In this document: piece after piece, positions 12,601 through 25,036 of the stretch
Numbering within the stretch: the stretch's first letter is position 1
Layout: every line of letters begins with the position of its first letter
Assembly (NCBI GenBank): GCA_964019335.1
Contig: OZ025729.1
Coordinates: 124,001 to 188,000 of the forward strand
Length of the DNA stretch: 64,000 nt
From: Diplonema japonicum
Taxonomy: Eukaryota; Protista; Euglenozoa: Diplonemea
Direction of reading: 5' to 3'
Position numbers and translations under genes: made by a program
Notes under the pieces: model-generated
Seen by the model: the letters and a program-made list of their open reading frames with translations, nothing else
Database searches by the model: none
What the model was told of the DNA's origin: nothing

Positions 12601-12602
<2 letters not shown>
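12436..12602 (+). repeat. Short dispersed SINE-like repeat (other copies at ~35579-35660, ~38279-38345, ~46762-46879)
   Basis: Shared GCTTGAACAA...GATAATGAATTG...AAAGAG core. The copies at 12436 and 46762 both end AATCAGCCGACTC followed by a T-run. Confidence 0.6.
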
Positions 12603-12641
<39 letters not shown>

Positions 12642-12787
12642 TATATATTTCCCCGTGTTGAATACAGATAAAATAAATAAATAAAGATGAACCATTTCCC
12701 CCTTCCTCCCCCCCCCCCTTTTTTTTAGGCCATAGCCATTTCCCCCCCTTTCTTTATTGCTCCATTAACGACACCTCACTTAAAGGG

Positions 12788-12832
<45 letters not shown>

Positions 12833-12835
12833 AAA

Positions 12836-13339
12836 ATGCATGACGAAACCGAGGCACTAGACAGCCAAGGGGAGATAGAAATGGACGCGGCGATAGATTG
12901 TGACACCGAGGAGGAGGAGGCGGGGGAGGCGATGACGGTCCCTCAAAGAGTGCCGTATTTCCACACAGCTGCAGGGCTCATAGTGATGGTGTGGGTCTTT
13001 GATATCTTCATGGTGGCAGCCTTGCGGGCATGGGGCAACCTGCCACCTATCGCGGCGGCCATGGCGGTCCTATTCTGGATGCGCTCTGGCGAAAACAATT
13101 TTATTCACAACGGAGGCCCCACACGCTCCTTCTGGAACCGTCAGGCCGCAGGCCACGCGCTCCTCATAACCTACATTTTTGTTGTGCTACTCAACATCGT
13201 GTCCCTTCTAAATGCCGTTGTCCGAAAGGTACACAACGAGACAAGTCTTGTGATATTTGACGGTGTTTCAATGGCTGTTCATATTATCGGTTCTGTGATG
13301 ATAGAAATATGCGACCTGACCCGGCCCCTTCTGAAATAA
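12836..13339 (+). CDS. Small multi-pass membrane protein
   Basis: 167-aa ORF with an acidic N-terminus and about 4 hydrophobic segments; ATG after an A-run. Confidence 0.75.
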   Translation: MHDETEALDSQGEIEMDAAIDCDTEEEEAGEAMTVPQRVPYFHTAAGLIVMVWVFDIFMVAALRAWGNLPPIAAAMAVLFWMRSGENNFIHNGGPTRSFWNRQAAGHALLITYIFVVLLNIVSLLNAVVRKVHNETSLVIFDGVSMAVHIIGSVMIEICDLTRPLLK

Positions 13340-13424
13340 AAAAAAAATTTTTTTTTTTTAACTTTTTTTTTTTTTCGTTCTTTTTTTTTTCTATCATTGA
13401 CAGGATTTAAAAAAAAAAAAAAAA

Positions 13425-14006
13425 ATGGAGGTGTATGTTGAAGTTCCCAACGCCAGCGAGCCGCTGCTGATCGAGCTGCGCGAGCACACCACCGTTGGGG
13501 AAGTGAAGGACATTGTCGAGCGTGAGACGCAAATCGACCGCAACACCTTCTCGCTGAAAATAGAGGGCGAAGTTCGTATGAACGAGTCTCTAGAGGTGAA
13601 CGCCTGCGGCATCGCCTTTGGGGATTCCATGGAACTTGTCGTCAATGAATGGTGGCCCTTGAAGGGACCCGGGATACAAAAAACCATGAAAACCAAATAC
13701 CGGATCGCGAAACACGGCGACGGGACCCCTATCAAAAAGGGCGACACAATAGCTATCGATGTCACCGGAATTCTAGCCGAAGACGGGAAGGAGATTTGGC
13801 GCACTACAGGAAACACACACAAGGTTGATGTGGGGCGCTCCATCGTGGGTTTCGATAAAGGCTGCCTGGGGATGTTGCCAACTGAAGTGCGCTGCCTTTT
13901 GATCCCCCCCATGGAAGGGTACCCTGTTGGATATGAAACTCTTAAAATTCCTCGCGGTAAAGACCTAATCTTTGAGATCAGGCTACATTGTCTTATAGAA
14001 GATTGA
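13425..14006 (+). CDS. Ubiquitin-like domain fused to FKBP-type peptidyl-prolyl isomerase
   Basis: N-terminal Ubl pattern (TVGEVK..V); C-terminal GDG.PIKKGD, IVGFDKG..GM, LIPP..GY, IP...DLIFEI. Confidence 0.85.
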   Translation: MEVYVEVPNASEPLLIELREHTTVGEVKDIVERETQIDRNTFSLKIEGEVRMNESLEVNACGIAFGDSMELVVNEWWPLKGPGIQKTMKTKYRIAKHGDGTPIKKGDTIAIDVTGILAEDGKEIWRTTGNTHKVDVGRSIVGFDKGCLGMLPTEVRCLLIPPMEGYPVGYETLKIPRGKDLIFEIRLHCLIED

Positions 14007-14606
14007 AAAAAAGAAAAAAAAAAAAAAAAAAAAGCTTTATGCTAATATAAAAGTTTTTAAGAAAAAAAAATTTTCCCTTTTTGCCTCTTTATCTTCTTGC
14101 TGGTTTTTTTTTTTTTCTCTCTCTCTTTTTTTTTTTTTGTTCTTCCCTATTTGCTTGCCTTTCAACGATTAGAAAAAGAGAGAGGGGAAAAGACCACATG
14201 GAGAGAAAAGTGGGGGAAGTAATCTCCCCCCCCCCTTTGAGGTGTCACCTCATAAAACACCCCTACCCACCACTTTATGTTACTTTACGAACGGTACGCT
14301 TTAAGGGCCTGTTGGCGCTTGTACACGGTGCCGTTTGACTGATTGCGAAACCTCGATTCCCCCCTGCGTTCCCTAGCCTTTTTTTTTTTTCTTTTTTTTT
14401 TTATTGTCCCCAATTTTTTTTTTTTTTTTTTTCCCTCTCGTTTTTTGAATTTTTACTTTTATTCTCTGTCCCCCATATCTTTTTTTTTCTTTTTCTTCAT
14501 TCCCCCCCCCCCCCCACTTCACGCAAAAAAAAAGAAAAAAAATCTCAACAAGGCAGTGTGGGAGGGGGAGAGAGGGGAGCGGAGGGAAGAAAAAAAACAA
14601 AAAAAA

Positions 14607-17600
14607 ATGGCCTGCGTTCAAAACCCAGTCCCGCACCATCTAGGTGCCTGTGTCACATTTACTCTTCCACCGGTATTCCTGCTCCCTGTAGGTGTGGTCA
14701 CGGCGAGGCTCCAAGTGGTAGAAGGCACAGGCAACGTCTTCGGGCGTGTGGATGTCCCCGAAACTGCTGTTGCGGAGGAAGGCCAAGCCATCATAGCAGC
14801 GTTCACAGGGTGCGGGGTGGACAAAGAAGGTACCTACGTGCTCTCCTGCGAGTATAAAACATCTGACAATTCGTCGAATTCGGTGGTCCAAACTGCCCCT
14901 TTTGAGGTTGCCCGTGTATACTTCCCGCCAAGTACCTCTGCTAGCACGGTGATTACGCTTGCAGGGTGCATATTATGCGTAATGGCTCCCGTGAAGCAAA
15001 CTATTCCAGCATACATTGAAAAACTTCAAAAAGGGTTCGAATCTGCAAGAATCCACGCGTTACCCCTCCCTGCCAAGACGCTGGAGGAGGTGCAGCGAAA
15101 GATCATATCAAGCATTGTGTCCGGCATCACCGGTGGCCCTGTCCTCGAAGCACTGTCAGAGCGTGAAAAAACAAAGACGATCGAACGGTTCAAATCTAAA
15201 ATCAAGAAGGACAACGGTTCGGCCGCGTTGAAAATCCCTGCTCTGCGTGGCTCGCAAGCTGATTTATCACCGGAGATCTTAACACTGGCATTGAAGACCC
15301 CACAGAACGTCTACCCATCTGTCAAAGGCGCCCCGTCTCACTTCCATTTCTCCTCCGTAGAAGGCACACTTAACGCGCTCGGGTGTTACATCAATCTAAC
15401 CCCCGACACAATTCTATCCTGCAAAAAGATATCTATCGTCGCGATGTACCTCCAGCTTCCATCACACATATCGATCCCCCACGGGAGTATCAGTATCAAA
15501 GCATACGTTGTAATCCTCCCATCGGGTGGGTGTACCATCGATGTCTCGGGTGACAATGGAGGCCCGACACCCAACGGCATAGCAGAGCCCGGTCAAAACG
15601 GGTCGCACGGAATGCCAGGTGGTAACGGTGGAATGGTTTCAATAATTTCTCACAGTGTCCAACCCGCTGACGGATGTAAGACAGGGCTGGTTATAAACGC
15701 AAACGGTGGAAACGGGAGTAATGGTCAGCACGGTGGCTCGGGAATCCCAGGTGACTCCGGCGAAACCCCTGGGTCCCACGGCCGCAAAGGCGGCCCTGGG
15801 GGAACAGGCGGCAATGCAGGCTCACCAGGCAATCCCGGGGAAATCACCTTGCAAACATCAACTCCCTTCCCCGACTCTATTCAACTCTCCCTCACATCGA
15901 ACCCTGGACATGAAGGAAAACCAGGACAAGGCGGCGCTGGTGGCCCGGGTGGTTTACCTGGTCCACCAGAGATCAACCCCCAGTACACATCTTCTGGATG
16001 GTGGTGGAACCGTTCCCACGATATCACATCTGACGAGACCGCCGAATCAAAATGTCGAAAATCAGGCAAACAAGGCGACCAAGGAAGGATGGGAGGTGCG
16101 ACGAAGGAATTCATCCCACCTTCGCTACCGATCGCCTGCACGGTGCCGATATCATACGTGTGGGGGCATGTTATGCCGAAGTCGTTAGTTGGCAGGATGT
16201 TACAAGTTGCCGAGACACTTTACCAGGAAAGATGTGACGCGGCTGGGTACTTGCTCTCCTTCGTCTCCTCGGCCGCTACTCTGCAACAAAAAACAGGCCG
16301 AAGCATCGAACCGGTGGCGAGACGCGCCAGCCTGCTCTCCCTCCAGCACAAGAAAGGTTTTTGCTACTGGGGGTACCGGGATAACTTCTACCCATTGCAA
16401 CCGTTCAGCACCCTGAGGAGCAGAGTAGAAGACATGCTGCACCACTACGAATCAGCGTATGAAGCATGGGCCTCCGCGATGCGAAAAGAAGGCAGGGAAA
16501 CCGTTCTCTCTGAACGCCTTCACGGTGCTCACGAAGTCTCGGTAGAATCTAGCAAGCTTCTGGAGGGCAAGATACGAGACTTTAGAAGGCTCGAGGCAGA
16601 TTGCCTTGCGAGTATCGATAGGCTCAATTTGTCTTCTTCGCTAGCGAAAAAATCTCTATCTGCTCAAGCGGAAGCGCTGACCAAGGCAGTTGCACACGAG
16701 GCCACCCAGCAGGCCGTCAGGAATTTCACAACATCGGACCATGCGGAGCGGTTTTCCAAAGCGGTTACAGTCCTTAGCACAATGCTGTCTGTATACCCAG
16801 CTTTGCCCCCGCCGCCTTCCATCATTGACACATTGGTCGCGCAAGGAAGGGACCCAGGCGAGGCGACGGGTGCATACTACAAGGTATTTTTGTTGGGGAA
16901 GGAAAAAAAAAAAAAAGATGGCTCAAGAGTCGTTCATATCCATCGGGGCTCAGCTCATATCCTCTGCTAGGGAATTCTTCAGAGATGACGACGCGGTATA
17001 TAAACAATTTTTTTTTTTTTTTTTTTTATTCCAAACACCTCAGATTAAACAAAAAACCGAGGAAGCCCTCTCCCAAATCATCCTCGAAAGCCAGCAGGAC
17101 AAGAGCACCATGCCCCTCCACGAGGTCGACAGGTGGGTAGCTGGCGTAGGCCTCACAGGCGAACGGGTCAAGGTACGCGACAAGTACCTCTCCGAGGTGA
17201 GGAGGTACCAAGCAGTCCTTACTGGGATAGAAGAGGAAGGAAAGAAGCTGGAGGCGGTTCGGGGCAAACTGGAAGAGATGGAATCCGGGCTGGAGAAATC
17301 CGAAGGCGAAAAGCGAATGCTGAGCGACAGCAGGGGCAGGCTTGAACTCCTCAGAATGAACCAGAAAATCAACGACCATCTTTGGGAAGCCGTGTGGAAT
17401 GCCGCAAAAAAACTGGGTTGGGGTTTCAGGCTTCTCACCTTAGCTGCCTCACGGCTCACAGGGAAAAAACCACATTGTGTACAATCTAACAACGGCGGCC
17501 CGGTTCCTCCCGCGCAGTTTCGGTCAAAACTCTTGGAGGTGCAGGGTGAGATATTTCAAAACGAGATAGAACGCCCGCTGGGAACCCCGAGAGCAGTAAC

Positions 17601-18015
17601 CACTGAATGTATCTCTTTTAGAGCAGCACATCTCTTGGAAAGCCTTTCAGCACACAAAACGTGTGTTTTTGGAATTGGCCCTTCTGACCTTCCTGAGCTT
17701 GCTTCGCTCCGGCCGGACCCCGTCCTCGAGAGCCTGACAGTGTTTTTTACTTCTTCAAGATGTGATATGAAACTAACCGTATCGTTGTTGGGAACACCTT
17801 CTGTTGGGTTTGTCACTGAAGGTGGTACCGCTACCTTTGCGCACCCCCCCGCCACTTTTTATGCGGCGCAAAATGGAAAACCGATTCAGGTGGCTTCGGC
17901 AGATCTTCCCCCTCTTTCACCGTTTACCCTATATAGGCTCTCTGTTGATACAGAAGCAGAAGAATTTTCGGAGTTTGAGGTCACCTTGAATGTGTCATGC
18001 CGTGGAGAGGCATAA
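14607..18015 (+). CDS. Large protein with Gly-X-Y/Gly-rich repeats and coiled coils; exons 14607-16883, 16918-16995, 17044-18015
   Basis: Two ORF-track ORFs are joined by a 34-nt GT-AG intron (16884-16917) that fixes the frame. A 48-nt T-rich in-frame intron is probable at 16996-17043. Confidence 0.75.
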
Positions 18016-18069
18016 GAAATTTCTGAAGTATCTTTCTTTCCCCGTCCAATTCCCGATCGTCTCTTTTTT

Positions 18070-18372
18070 TGTTGGTTTTATTTTGGATGGAGATGTGTTG
18101 TTCGCTGTTGACCTCCTCGTCGGTCATCACCGGTAGCGCACGAGTGGAAGAACGTAACGCAGATGCTCAGGGTGACGAACAGGCAGCAAACTGCACGAGC
18201 GCAGAATCTTGGTTACCCGGGACGTCCCGGCTGGGGTTGAGCTGTACACCGCACGCATTAAGGACACGACGCGGAACGCAGAAGAAGCTACAACTCGGCC
18301 GCGGTGCGCCCCCTGTAATCAAGTAGACAGTTCTTGTGCAGGGCGCCGCCAACACCGGCCTCCTTTAACTCA
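18070..18372 (+). mobile_element. Relic of LINE-like family C 3' region
   Basis: GC-rich island flanked by T-runs whose 3' part is repeated at 3737-3847. It encodes HALRT, similar to the HALRT/HTLRH motif at the ORF2 C-terminus of families B and A. Confidence 0.5.
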
Positions 18373-18572
18373 TATATATTTTTATTTTCTTTTTCAAAAA
18401 AAAAAGGAATCCGAAGGAGACTCTCGTACCATTTTTTTTGATGATGAGTTCCCCGTTTAAAAAAAAGGGGGGGGGAGGGGCCAATTTCCTTTTCCCCTCT
18501 TTTTTACCTTATTCATTTTACATTTTCTCTCTCTTTAAAAAAAAAAAAAAAAAAAAAGGAAAAAAAAAAAAA

Positions 18573-18970
18573 ATGACGAAAGCAGCAGAGTTCACGTTAT
18601 GCTTTCTGAACCAGCTGCGAATGAGCAGGGACACCATTATGAAATGGCACAGCGACCCGGGATTTCGAGAGGTGATAAAAGGCACTTACTGTAGAGTCGT
18701 TATGAGAAACGACAGGGGGCGAAAATTTTACAGAGTTGGCAGGGTGGAGGGGTTGGGGCCAGAGGGGAACGCAGGGGTGGTTCTGTCCTACGGGCTGAAG
18801 GAGAAAGAGTATGCTATCGAGTTTATATCAAACGGAGAGTTCACTGAAGAGGAACGAGGGGCGTTTCTCAACGCGCTGGAACAGGACGGTGTGGAAATCC
18901 GTTCATCGCAAGACGTCGCTGAAAAGGTAAAAGCGATGAAGATATTTCTCATGCAACGAACCATGGTATC

Positions 18971-19016
<46 letters not shown>

Positions 19017-19474
19017 AGCCCAGAACACACATCGATCAAGAAGACGTCAATGAGCCCCTTGAGTGCGACACCGAGCAACAGAACTCTGTCTTGAAGCAGT
19101 CCCACACCGCACTCTCGCAACGTGCTGCCTCGAAGGAAAAGCAGATCGAGCACCTTAGTTATGAAGTGTCACGTGTTAGCTCAGAGGCGAACACCTTGAC
19201 AGGGCATCTTAGAGACAAGGAGGACCGGTTGACAACGCAGCGAGACGGGCAAAAACAGTTCCGCGTGAAGTTGAAGGAAATGGACTATTTAATCTCTCTG
19301 CAGGCGGGCATCATTGAAGGGCTTCAAAAGCAGATTGGGTCTGAGCAGGAACTGCAGGGCATTATCGCGGTATACGCAATAATTGGGGAAAAAAAAAATG
19401 ATGTCAACACAACACACAAACAGAAAAAACGGAAAATCGTGTCGACGAAATTGAAGGAAAAACAACAGGAATAG
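18573..19474 (+). CDS. Plus3-domain-like protein with coiled-coil C-terminus; introns 18966-19018 and probably 19370-19423
   Basis: LRMSRD.I.KW...P.F...IKG.YCRV...YRVGRV...ISN..FTEEE is a Plus3 pattern. A 53-nt poly(A) intron restores the frame into ORF 19091. Confidence 0.8.
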
Positions 19475-19632
19475 ATAGATAGGCTTCTTTTTTCTTTTTA
19501 GACTTTCTTTTTTCTTTTTTTTTTTTTTTTTTTTTTTTGATGCCAGTGTTATTTTTTTTTATTTCCCAAGGCCCCAAGAAAAAAAAAAAAAATAAAATAA
19601 AAAGTTTTTTCACAAAAAAAAAAAAAAAAAAA

Positions 19633-21087
19633 ATGGAAGAGGACACTCCGCTCCTCTCCGCCTCTCAACGTGTTTTCCGAGGCTCCGAAACCGGAAAGTA
19701 CGTTCTGTATCCGAAAAGGTGGCTCATGCTCGCCCTCTTTGCCTCCCCGAGCATCGTCAACGGAATTATGTTCCTGGGGATGGGATCCATCGGGGACCTG
19801 GTGGAGGAGCGCTACAACGTCTCCAGCGCGGTAGTTAACATCCTGGGCCAGGCGTTCTTCCTGATGTTCGCTTTGTTTCTACCGGGCGGGCTGGCCGTTT
19901 TAAACCGCGATGAAGGCCTGCGAAAGGCAACTCTTATCGCAGCATTCTTGAACACTATTGGAATGGCTTTGAGAGTACCAAGCACGTTGGTAGAAAACGA
20001 CTCATTCGGTTTTGCATTGCTCATAACATCTAATCTAATAGCCTCTTCTGCACAGCCGTATTTTCTAGCAACACCTGCTGTCCTTTCATCCAAATGGTTT
20101 GGGATCCACGAACGCGGTGTAGCGATCGCTGTAGGATCGCTTTGCAACCAGTTCGGGATGGCTCTGGGGTACTTCGTGACCAGGCTTTTTGTAACAACGG
20201 AAAATTTCAACGATACGGTGCTTCTCATTCATATATGTGTGGCGTGCTTTTCTACGGTGACGACGTTGGCAGCGTATGCGTTTTTTGAAAACGACCCACC
20301 AACACCTCCGTCGGCGGACTGCAACGTATTGAATATATCGGCATCGTCGTCTGTCAAAGAAACTCTGAAGGTTGTTGTTAAAGCTGTGAAGCAAAATTTT
20401 AACCGACCGTTTCTTGCAGTTCAAAGCTCATTCGGCGTTTCCATTGCAATTTACTGGTCGCTTGGGCTGTTGCTCGACGGTGCGATGGTCGATGACTTCA
20501 CATCAACGCAAATTGCTGTGACCGGGCTGTGCTTGCTAACGTCCGGGATCCCTGGGATGTACTGTGCGGGGCTGCTAATCGATCGATATCCGGAGGAACA
20601 CCGGAAATTGTTGGCTTTTTTCATGGGATGTGGGATTGTGATGATGATCGCGCTCACGGTAGTTATTGATGAAGGTGACTCGGTGATCGTCTTGGTGTGT
20701 TTGTCAGCTGGGTTTTTGGGTTACTCGCTGGGGGGTGTGCAAGCGCTTTTCATCGATCTTGCGGTCGAGATTTCCCAGCCCCTCCCTGAATCTATATGCG
20801 CTGCGTTGTTGCTAACCGCTGCCGTGTCGGTTGGGTTTGTTTTTGTTTTTGTTTCGAACACGTTTGTCTGGACGCTTGGCGACCGAGACGGTGCTTTTTA
20901 CAACAATGTTTTTTATTGTTGTTGTTTGTGCTTCGTTTTCGTTGTGCTCGCCGCTAGCGGGCCACGATCGGGGCCTCGTCAATCTAACGCTTTCCTCTTA
21001 CGTGGTTCGCGAGCATCCAGCATGGCAGGCCTGAACCCGTTATCACGCCTTCAAGTCCCTACACCAACTGCCGCAGCAAAGGTCTAA
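19633..21087 (+). CDS. MFS transporter, FLVCR/SLC49-like
   Basis: Y.LYPKRWLML, LSSKWFG.HER..A, F...PPTPPS motifs; about 12 TM segments. Confidence 0.9.
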   Translation: MEEDTPLLSASQRVFRGSETGKYVLYPKRWLMLALFASPSIVNGIMFLGMGSIGDLVEERYNVSSAVVNILGQAFFLMFALFLPGGLAVLNRDEGLRKATLIAAFLNTIGMALRVPSTLVENDSFGFALLITSNLIASSAQPYFLATPAVLSSKWFGIHERGVAIAVGSLCNQFGMALGYFVTRLFVTTENFNDTVLLIHICVACFSTVTTLAAYAFFENDPPTPPSADCNVLNISASSSVKETLKVVVKAVKQNFNRPFLAVQSSFGVSIAIYWSLGLLLDGAMVDDFTSTQIAVTGLCLLTSGIPGMYCAGLLIDRYPEEHRKLLAFFMGCGIVMMIALTVVIDEGDSVIVLVCLSAGFLGYSLGGVQALFIDLAVEISQPLPESICAALLLTAAVSVGFVFVFVSNTFVWTLGDRDGAFYNNVFYCCCLCFVFVVLAASGPRSGPRQSNAFLLRGSRASSMAGLNPLSRLQVPTPTAAAKV

Positions 21088-22151
21088 CGTTCGGGAAGTA
21101 CAAAAAATTTCTTTCTTTCCTTTTTTTTTTTGTATAAATGATGAGGGAGGCAAAGAAAGACACCCCCCCCTCCCTGGAAGGCAAAAAAAAAATAAAAAAA
21201 AAGGGCCCTCCTTTTTTTTTTTTTTTGGTCGGCCGTTCACGGGTGAGGGTTGAGAGGGTGCCCCCTCTATTTTTTTTTTTTATTTCCCTGCTCGTGGCGC
21301 ACAAACAAATGAAAGCGCCAAACTAGTTTTTTTTTTTTTTCTTCTTCTATTTTCATGTGGGGCAGCAGGGCCTTTGAGTGCGGTAACGGCACCGCATAGG
21401 TGTGAAGCCCCACCACCCTTTTGACTTGTGTCACCTTGACGTTAAAAGATCGAAGGGTTTTTTTTTTTTTTTTTTACTTTTTCTTTCACACTCCCTCAAG
21501 ACTCAGTGATAACATCACAAAAGCTAACTGTCCCTCAGGTTTTTCTTCCCCCCCCCCTTTCTTTTTACCTTTAAGCCAGCCCTCATGTCTCCAAAGGTAT
21601 TACATCATGAGAGATATGAAATATTCTTTTTTTTTTTTGTTTACAGCGTAATGAGCTATTTTATTAGGTAAAATCCCGCTCGTGCTACGCAAACAAATGA
21701 AGAGATTTCCCCGTAGCCTGTTCCAATCTTTACTACCCTTCTTTTCTGTCTCCATTTTTGCCTTGGCTCTCTCCTTCCTCCTCCTTTTTTTTCGAATTTT
21801 TTTTTTTTTTTTTTTTGAATGTCTTCTCATTTTTTTTTCTTTCCTCTCTCTCTCTTCTTTTTTTTTCTTTTTTTTTAAAAAGAGAGGGAGAGAGGGGGAC
21901 AAAAAAAAAATGAAAGAAAGAAGGGAAAAAAAAAAAAAAAAAAAACTCAAAAAAGAAAAGGGAATGGAGGGACTTAGAGGAACCTTACTCTGCCAAACTG
22001 CAGTAGTTTTATTCAACGCCCGATATCTCAAAGCCAGCTGGCCACTCTCGGCTCTAAGGGGGCTACCGAGAGAATTTTCGAAATTTCGAAAAAAAACGCT
22101 TTTCTTTTTTTTCGAGGCGTCCTGCCACATACCGCAGGTACCCTTAAATGT

Positions 22152-22182
<31 letters not shown>

Positions 22183-22571
22183 GAAGGAAAAATATCTTCT
22201 TTGGGATTTCTATGGTTGGCATTTGGAATAAGAAGACTTCAAACAGGGGGTGCTAAAACGGGTTTTAGAGATACGAGCGTGTAAAAAAATCTGGGGTATT
22301 TCTATTTTTTTTCTTCTCCCCCTCCCTCCCCCTCTTTAGCTGTATCCTTCATTTTTTTCTCTTTTTTTTTTTCTTTTTCTTTTGCGTGATGCAACACGAT
22401 GTGGCGTGTTTTGGTTTTTTAAGGTATTTAAAAAAAACCTTTTTTTTTTTTTTTTTTTTTTTTTTTGAATTCGTTGCTTTCTTCCCTTCTTCTCTCTTCT
22501 TCATGGCTTTTTTTTCAAATCAAATGCCAAACTAGTTTTTGTGTGTTTCTTTCTTGTTGCCACTTTTTGGA

Positions 22572-22648
22572 CTTATTGGCGTGAATTTTCTTTTAATCTT
22601 TTTTTTTATGAATGGTGAGCACCCCCATGCACACCGAAACCTTATCGA
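22572..22648 (+). repeat. Diverged 3'-UTR relic of LINE family A
   Basis: GTGAGCACCCCCATGCACAC.GAAA..TTATCGA matches 2777-2810. Confidence 0.75.
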
Positions 22649-22764
22649 TTTTTTTTTTTCTCTTAGAATGTGGGTGAGAACTCTTCTTTGAATTCTGTTG
22701 ACTCCCTTTTCGTCACTTTGGCCAGCCGGAAAAAAAAAAAAAAAAAAAAAAAAAAACCCTACTT

Positions 22765-25036
22765 AAAGGGGGGGGGTCCGAATAATTCCCTCCCAAAATA
22801 ATGTGTTTTTTCCCAAAATAATTCTTTTTTTTTTTTCGGGGATTTTTCCGCTCCAAATTTCCCAAATAATTCCCGACCCCCTTTCTTTTTTTTGGGGGGA
22901 CCGGGGGGTGGGGGGGTCACATGGTAGTCGTACAACGGGTTTTTCTCAGTTGCGCCTGTGCAGGGTTCTAGCCTACCTAACCCATGTATACACCCCTTTT
23001 TTGACCAAAAGGTCGATTTCCGCCTGGTTTTGGGCACTTTTTGGGCACTTACGAGCAATTCTTTTGCATTTTTGAACAGGGGACCACGGGGTTTGGCACC
23101 TGGGGGTTATTGTGGGGGACTATTTTTCTTAACGCAAGAAGCTAGATGGTTCGTGATGAACGGTTCAAAATTTCATGGTTTCATACTTAGTTCGAAGGCG
23201 CTTTGTGGGTGGCCCGGGTGCTTCTGCGTTGCCGGAAGGCACGTGGATTCATGTGTTGACAGCTTATCCAGTATTTGCTTTCATGGCCCGCAATGTCAAT
23301 ATTTCCATTCCTGAGCAAGATCCCAAAGCTGTGCCGTAGCCCACTGGCGGTATTGTGAGGCTGCTTACGCAAGTAAGAGTGCTGGCCCGGCGAGCTACGA
23401 GGGCAAAACCCTCATTTTCTTCTAGGAGATGAGAAATATGTTATAGTGCGACATGATCAGACTGGAACGGCCGCCCCGGGGCATCCTCTGCTCAACCCGG
23501 CGGACGTGGGAGGCCCTTCTTCGGAAGGTGCCAGTCGCTTGACCAGTGCCGTCGAATGCGCGCTATATTTTATAAATACATATAACAATCGATTGAAAAG
23601 GAAATGTACGTATTGTGAAGCTGCTTCTGTGTGGCACCGGCGATTCAGACCTCCCGCCATTTTGAGGGGGTTAGGGGGGGGCTGTGGCATGCCCCAAGCA
23701 GCCGAGGCGGGACGTTGGTTGATGAATGCAGCAGAGAGCACCGAATCAACGTGGCACTGTGGGTAGAGCAGGCACATGAGAAAGGTCATGCAACTGCTCG
23801 ACACCTTTAGCTGTATGCGGTCTCGCGGCTACCTTCCAGGTAGTTCCGAGGAGACCATACAGCTAAGGGCACTTAGCGAAGTAAGCACTTTGAAGGAGTC
23901 GGACCCTTTAGACAGTGCAGCACAGAACGTTGTTGCGGGTGTTACAATGGACACTACACCTGACGAGACTAGCCTCCCAAGCCCTTGCAGCTTCTCAAGC
24001 CCCAACAGATTCTCAAGCCTCTCAGACCCCCGCAACCTCCCAGCAACCACCTAACGCCAAAACCAGGCGGTTTGTCTGCAACGTTTGTGGGTTCTCCACA
24101 ACCTGGGAGAAAAACTGTGTTAAAACTTCCCTTAGGAAAAAAAAGGGCATGAAAAAAATCTTGGCACGATTTGGCATGTTAAGATTTCCGAAGTGCCCCT
24201 GCTTTCCATGTGGCAGGCTCCCCAGCCCAAATAAGTACAACCCAAATAAGTGTATTCCAAATAATTCTTTTTATTTCACTCTTCAGAAATTACTTCACGC
24301 ACTGGGGGGCCCATTACTTCACGCTAAATCTCATTACTTCACGCTAAATCTCATTACTTCACGGTGAAATAATGGCCTGTTTTCCGTGAAGTAATAGGGG
24401 GTTTCCGTTAAATAATATGCCTCGGTAGGCCAATTTTTGCCTCGGTTCGGTTCCCAGTGGGGCTACTTTTTCCTCTCAGTTTGCTATTTCCCCCCAGGTT
24501 CAGCTCAATTGGCCAACTTTTGCCTCGGCTCAGTTCCAAGTTGGACTACTTTTTCCTCCCAATTTGCCCACTTTTGGCTAGGCCTTGTTCCCAGTTTCTG
24601 TGGGTAACTCTTCTGTGGGTAAGGGTAACTTAGTCAGCTTACCCAAGCTCCCCAAAAGACTTCAAAATACCGAAGCAGCAGAAAAAAAGGAGCCAGCGGC
24701 CGCGCCAGGTATGGGAAGGCCTGATTAGAGATGGTGACAGTGGCAATGCCAGCGACAGCGGCAGCTCTAAGTCAACAAAAGGAGGAAAAACAACTTGTAT
24801 TGTAACCTTTGTAACCCCTCTCTTGTTGTACCCCTTGTCACCCTGTTGTGCCCCTCGTGGTGAAGTAATTTCAGAGTGTCGTGAAATAAAACCACTTACC
24901 TACCGCCAAGTAATGCTTTACCGACCTCGAGGTAACGGTAAAGTCATTACTTGTTGGCAGTAAATAGCTATTTTTTGGAGCCCAAACACCCCCCCCTCCA
25001 CTGCCCAAATAAAGGGATTATTCGGACCCCCCCTTT
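22765..25036. mobile_element. TIR DNA element (~2.3 kb) with a nested hairpin element; superfamily uncertain (Kolobok-like ends or 4-bp ACTT TSD)
   Basis: AAAG(G)nTCCGAATAAT(T)CCC is inverted at 25014-25036, with ACTT on both flanks. No intact transposase. Confidence 0.7.
24270..24973 (+). mobile_element. Asymmetric-IR + hairpin element, subfamily 1 (second copy)
   Basis: Inverted near-identical copy of 8048-8731 with one extra 20-nt unit CATTACTTCACGCTAAATCT. A 5'-end fragment also occurs at ~25696-25750. Confidence 0.8.

Noticed and set aside
18225-18280. CTPHALR as a tyrosine-recombinase H-x-L-R motif
   Set aside because: No other recombinase motifs are present. It is better explained by the HALRT/HTLRH motif of LINE ORF2 C-termini and the shared 3' end.
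21600-22284. ORF-track ORFs rich in poly-Lys/poly-Phe (here and in most intergenic regions), and poly-K/F N-terminal extensions of real genes
   Set aside because: They are translations of A/T homopolymers, which lack stops. True starts were taken at the ATG following the A-run.
24311-24366. Short direct repeats resembling a CRISPR array (also 54170-54255, 56886-56970)
   Set aside because: They are adjacent tandem units without unique spacers, inside transposon-like elements in a eukaryotic context, with no cas genes.
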